DNA of 34,423 bases from a virus (Duplodnaviria > Caudoviricetes): positions 1 through 34,423 of the IMG/VR virus record IMGVR_UViG_3300005077_000064, one strand, 5' to 3'. Positions 33,782-34,423 of the stretch are shown here, piece by piece (within the stretch, counting starts at the first letter, position 1; each line of letters begins with the position of its first letter). The notes beneath the pieces are model-generated. The model was not told where the DNA came from. It saw nothing but the letters and a program-made list of their open reading frames with translations, and ran no database searches. The position numbers and the translations under genes are program-made.

Positions 33782-34423
33782 TCAAAAACGGAGGGACTCG
33801 ATGCCTAGGTCTGCTAAGACCTCTCTCCATTTCTCCTTCGTGACCTTATCCTTCTTGCGAGAGAGACGAGGAAGTCCAGGGTAGGGAAGAGAGACGAGAT
33901 CTCTGTTCCTCATCCATATTCGATTCCCCTCGACGATCTTCTTATAGGCCGCCGATTCTGGCTTGAGTCTCCCAGCTAAGAACTTCGCTGCGGTCTTCTC
34001 TCCTATGCCTTTGGTCCCTTGAATATCATCGGAGGAGCAGCCCGCCATTGCCTTGACATCGATCCATGCGAAGGGTTCGATTCCATACTCTCTGCGGAAG
34101 GAATCGAGAGTGATCGATCTCTGTCTCTTCATTTCCCAGAAGATGACCGAAGGGCCGATGAGTTGAAAGAGATCGTGATCGCTTCCGATGACGATCGTCG
34201 GTCCGCCGATGTCTTCTATGAGCTTCGCGATGCGATCGTCGGCTTCGTATCCTTCCTCTGCGAAGACATTTCGGAACCCGAGAGCTGGGAGGATTTCGTT
34301 CCGCAGTCTTTTGATCTGAAACCGCAGACCAGCGAAGGCCCTCTTCTCCTCTTCGGTGGATTCCTTTCTCTTCTCTTTCCTCGTCTGCTTATACTTCGGG
34401 TAGACTTTCTCTCGAAGGGGTTT
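33782..34423 (-). CDS. 5'-3' exonuclease/flap endonuclease (Pol I N-terminal/T5 D15-like), 5'-truncated
   Basis: The frame is open to the window end: R...YPKYKQTR, GYEADD, SDHDLFQL and the H3TH motif GCSSDDIQGTKGIGEKTA. Confidence 0.92.
   Translation of the reverse strand, partial: KPLREKVYPKYKQTRKEKRKESTEEEKRAFAGLRFQIKRLRNEILPALGFRNVFAEEGYEADDRIAKLIEDIGGPTIVIGSDHDLFQLIGPSVIFWEMKRQRSITLDSFRREYGIEPFAWIDVKAMAGCSSDDIQGTKGIGEKTAAKFLAGRLKPESAAYKKIVEGNRIWMRNRDLVSLPYPGLPRLSRKKDKVTKEKWREVLADLGIESLRF

Larger units (their letters stand above)
1..34423. mobile_element. Tailed dsDNA phage/prophage segment (siphovirus-like morphogenesis arm plus convergent recombination arm)
   Basis: Canonical order MuF - prohead protease - decoration - capsid - neck - tail tube - chaperones with slippery site - tape measure - tail tip. 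No sheath or host housekeeping genes. No integrase or att site is visible, so free phage versus prophage cannot be decided. Confidence 0.97.

Noticed and set aside
1-34423. Stop-codon reassignment, tRNA genes, introns/inteins, integrase
   Set aside because: Genes are full-length and densely packed under code 11, with TAA, TAG and TGA all used as stops. I saw no cloverleaf, splicing motifs or recombinase by eye.

Overview
The whole window is a piece of a tailed dsDNA phage or prophage genome. It is siphovirus-type: tail tube, frameshifted G/GT chaperones and a 1182-aa tape measure, with no sheath gene. Both ends are cut inside genes. The + strand (1-30176) is the late region. It carries a MuF/SPP1-gp7 minor head protein with three tandem effector-like domains (ADP-ribosyltransferase, ParB/Srx-like, HExxH zincin) and a probable partner gene. 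Next come a lysis-like block built around a papain-like cysteine protease and a compositionally foreign lectin plus repeat-fibre pair. These are followed by a DUF2213-type prohead protease/scaffold, decoration protein, major capsid, neck, tail and Cys-rich tail-tip genes, and a translationally coupled sugar-modification cluster (Cys-rich domain fused to GT4, a GT-like protein, an NDP-sugar epimerase and a SAM methyltransferase). The - strand (30138-34423) is a recombination/repair arm: a 5'-3' flap exonuclease, an Hjc-like resolvase, a highly structured ~155-nt intergenic element, and an SbcC/Rad50 ATPase split into pieces around an SbcD/Mre11 nuclease. The DNA is strongly GA/TC-dinucleotide rich except ~6950-9090. 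A Planctomycetota-like host is my inference from gene style and is not proven. All family calls are from motif recognition by eye, with no database searches.
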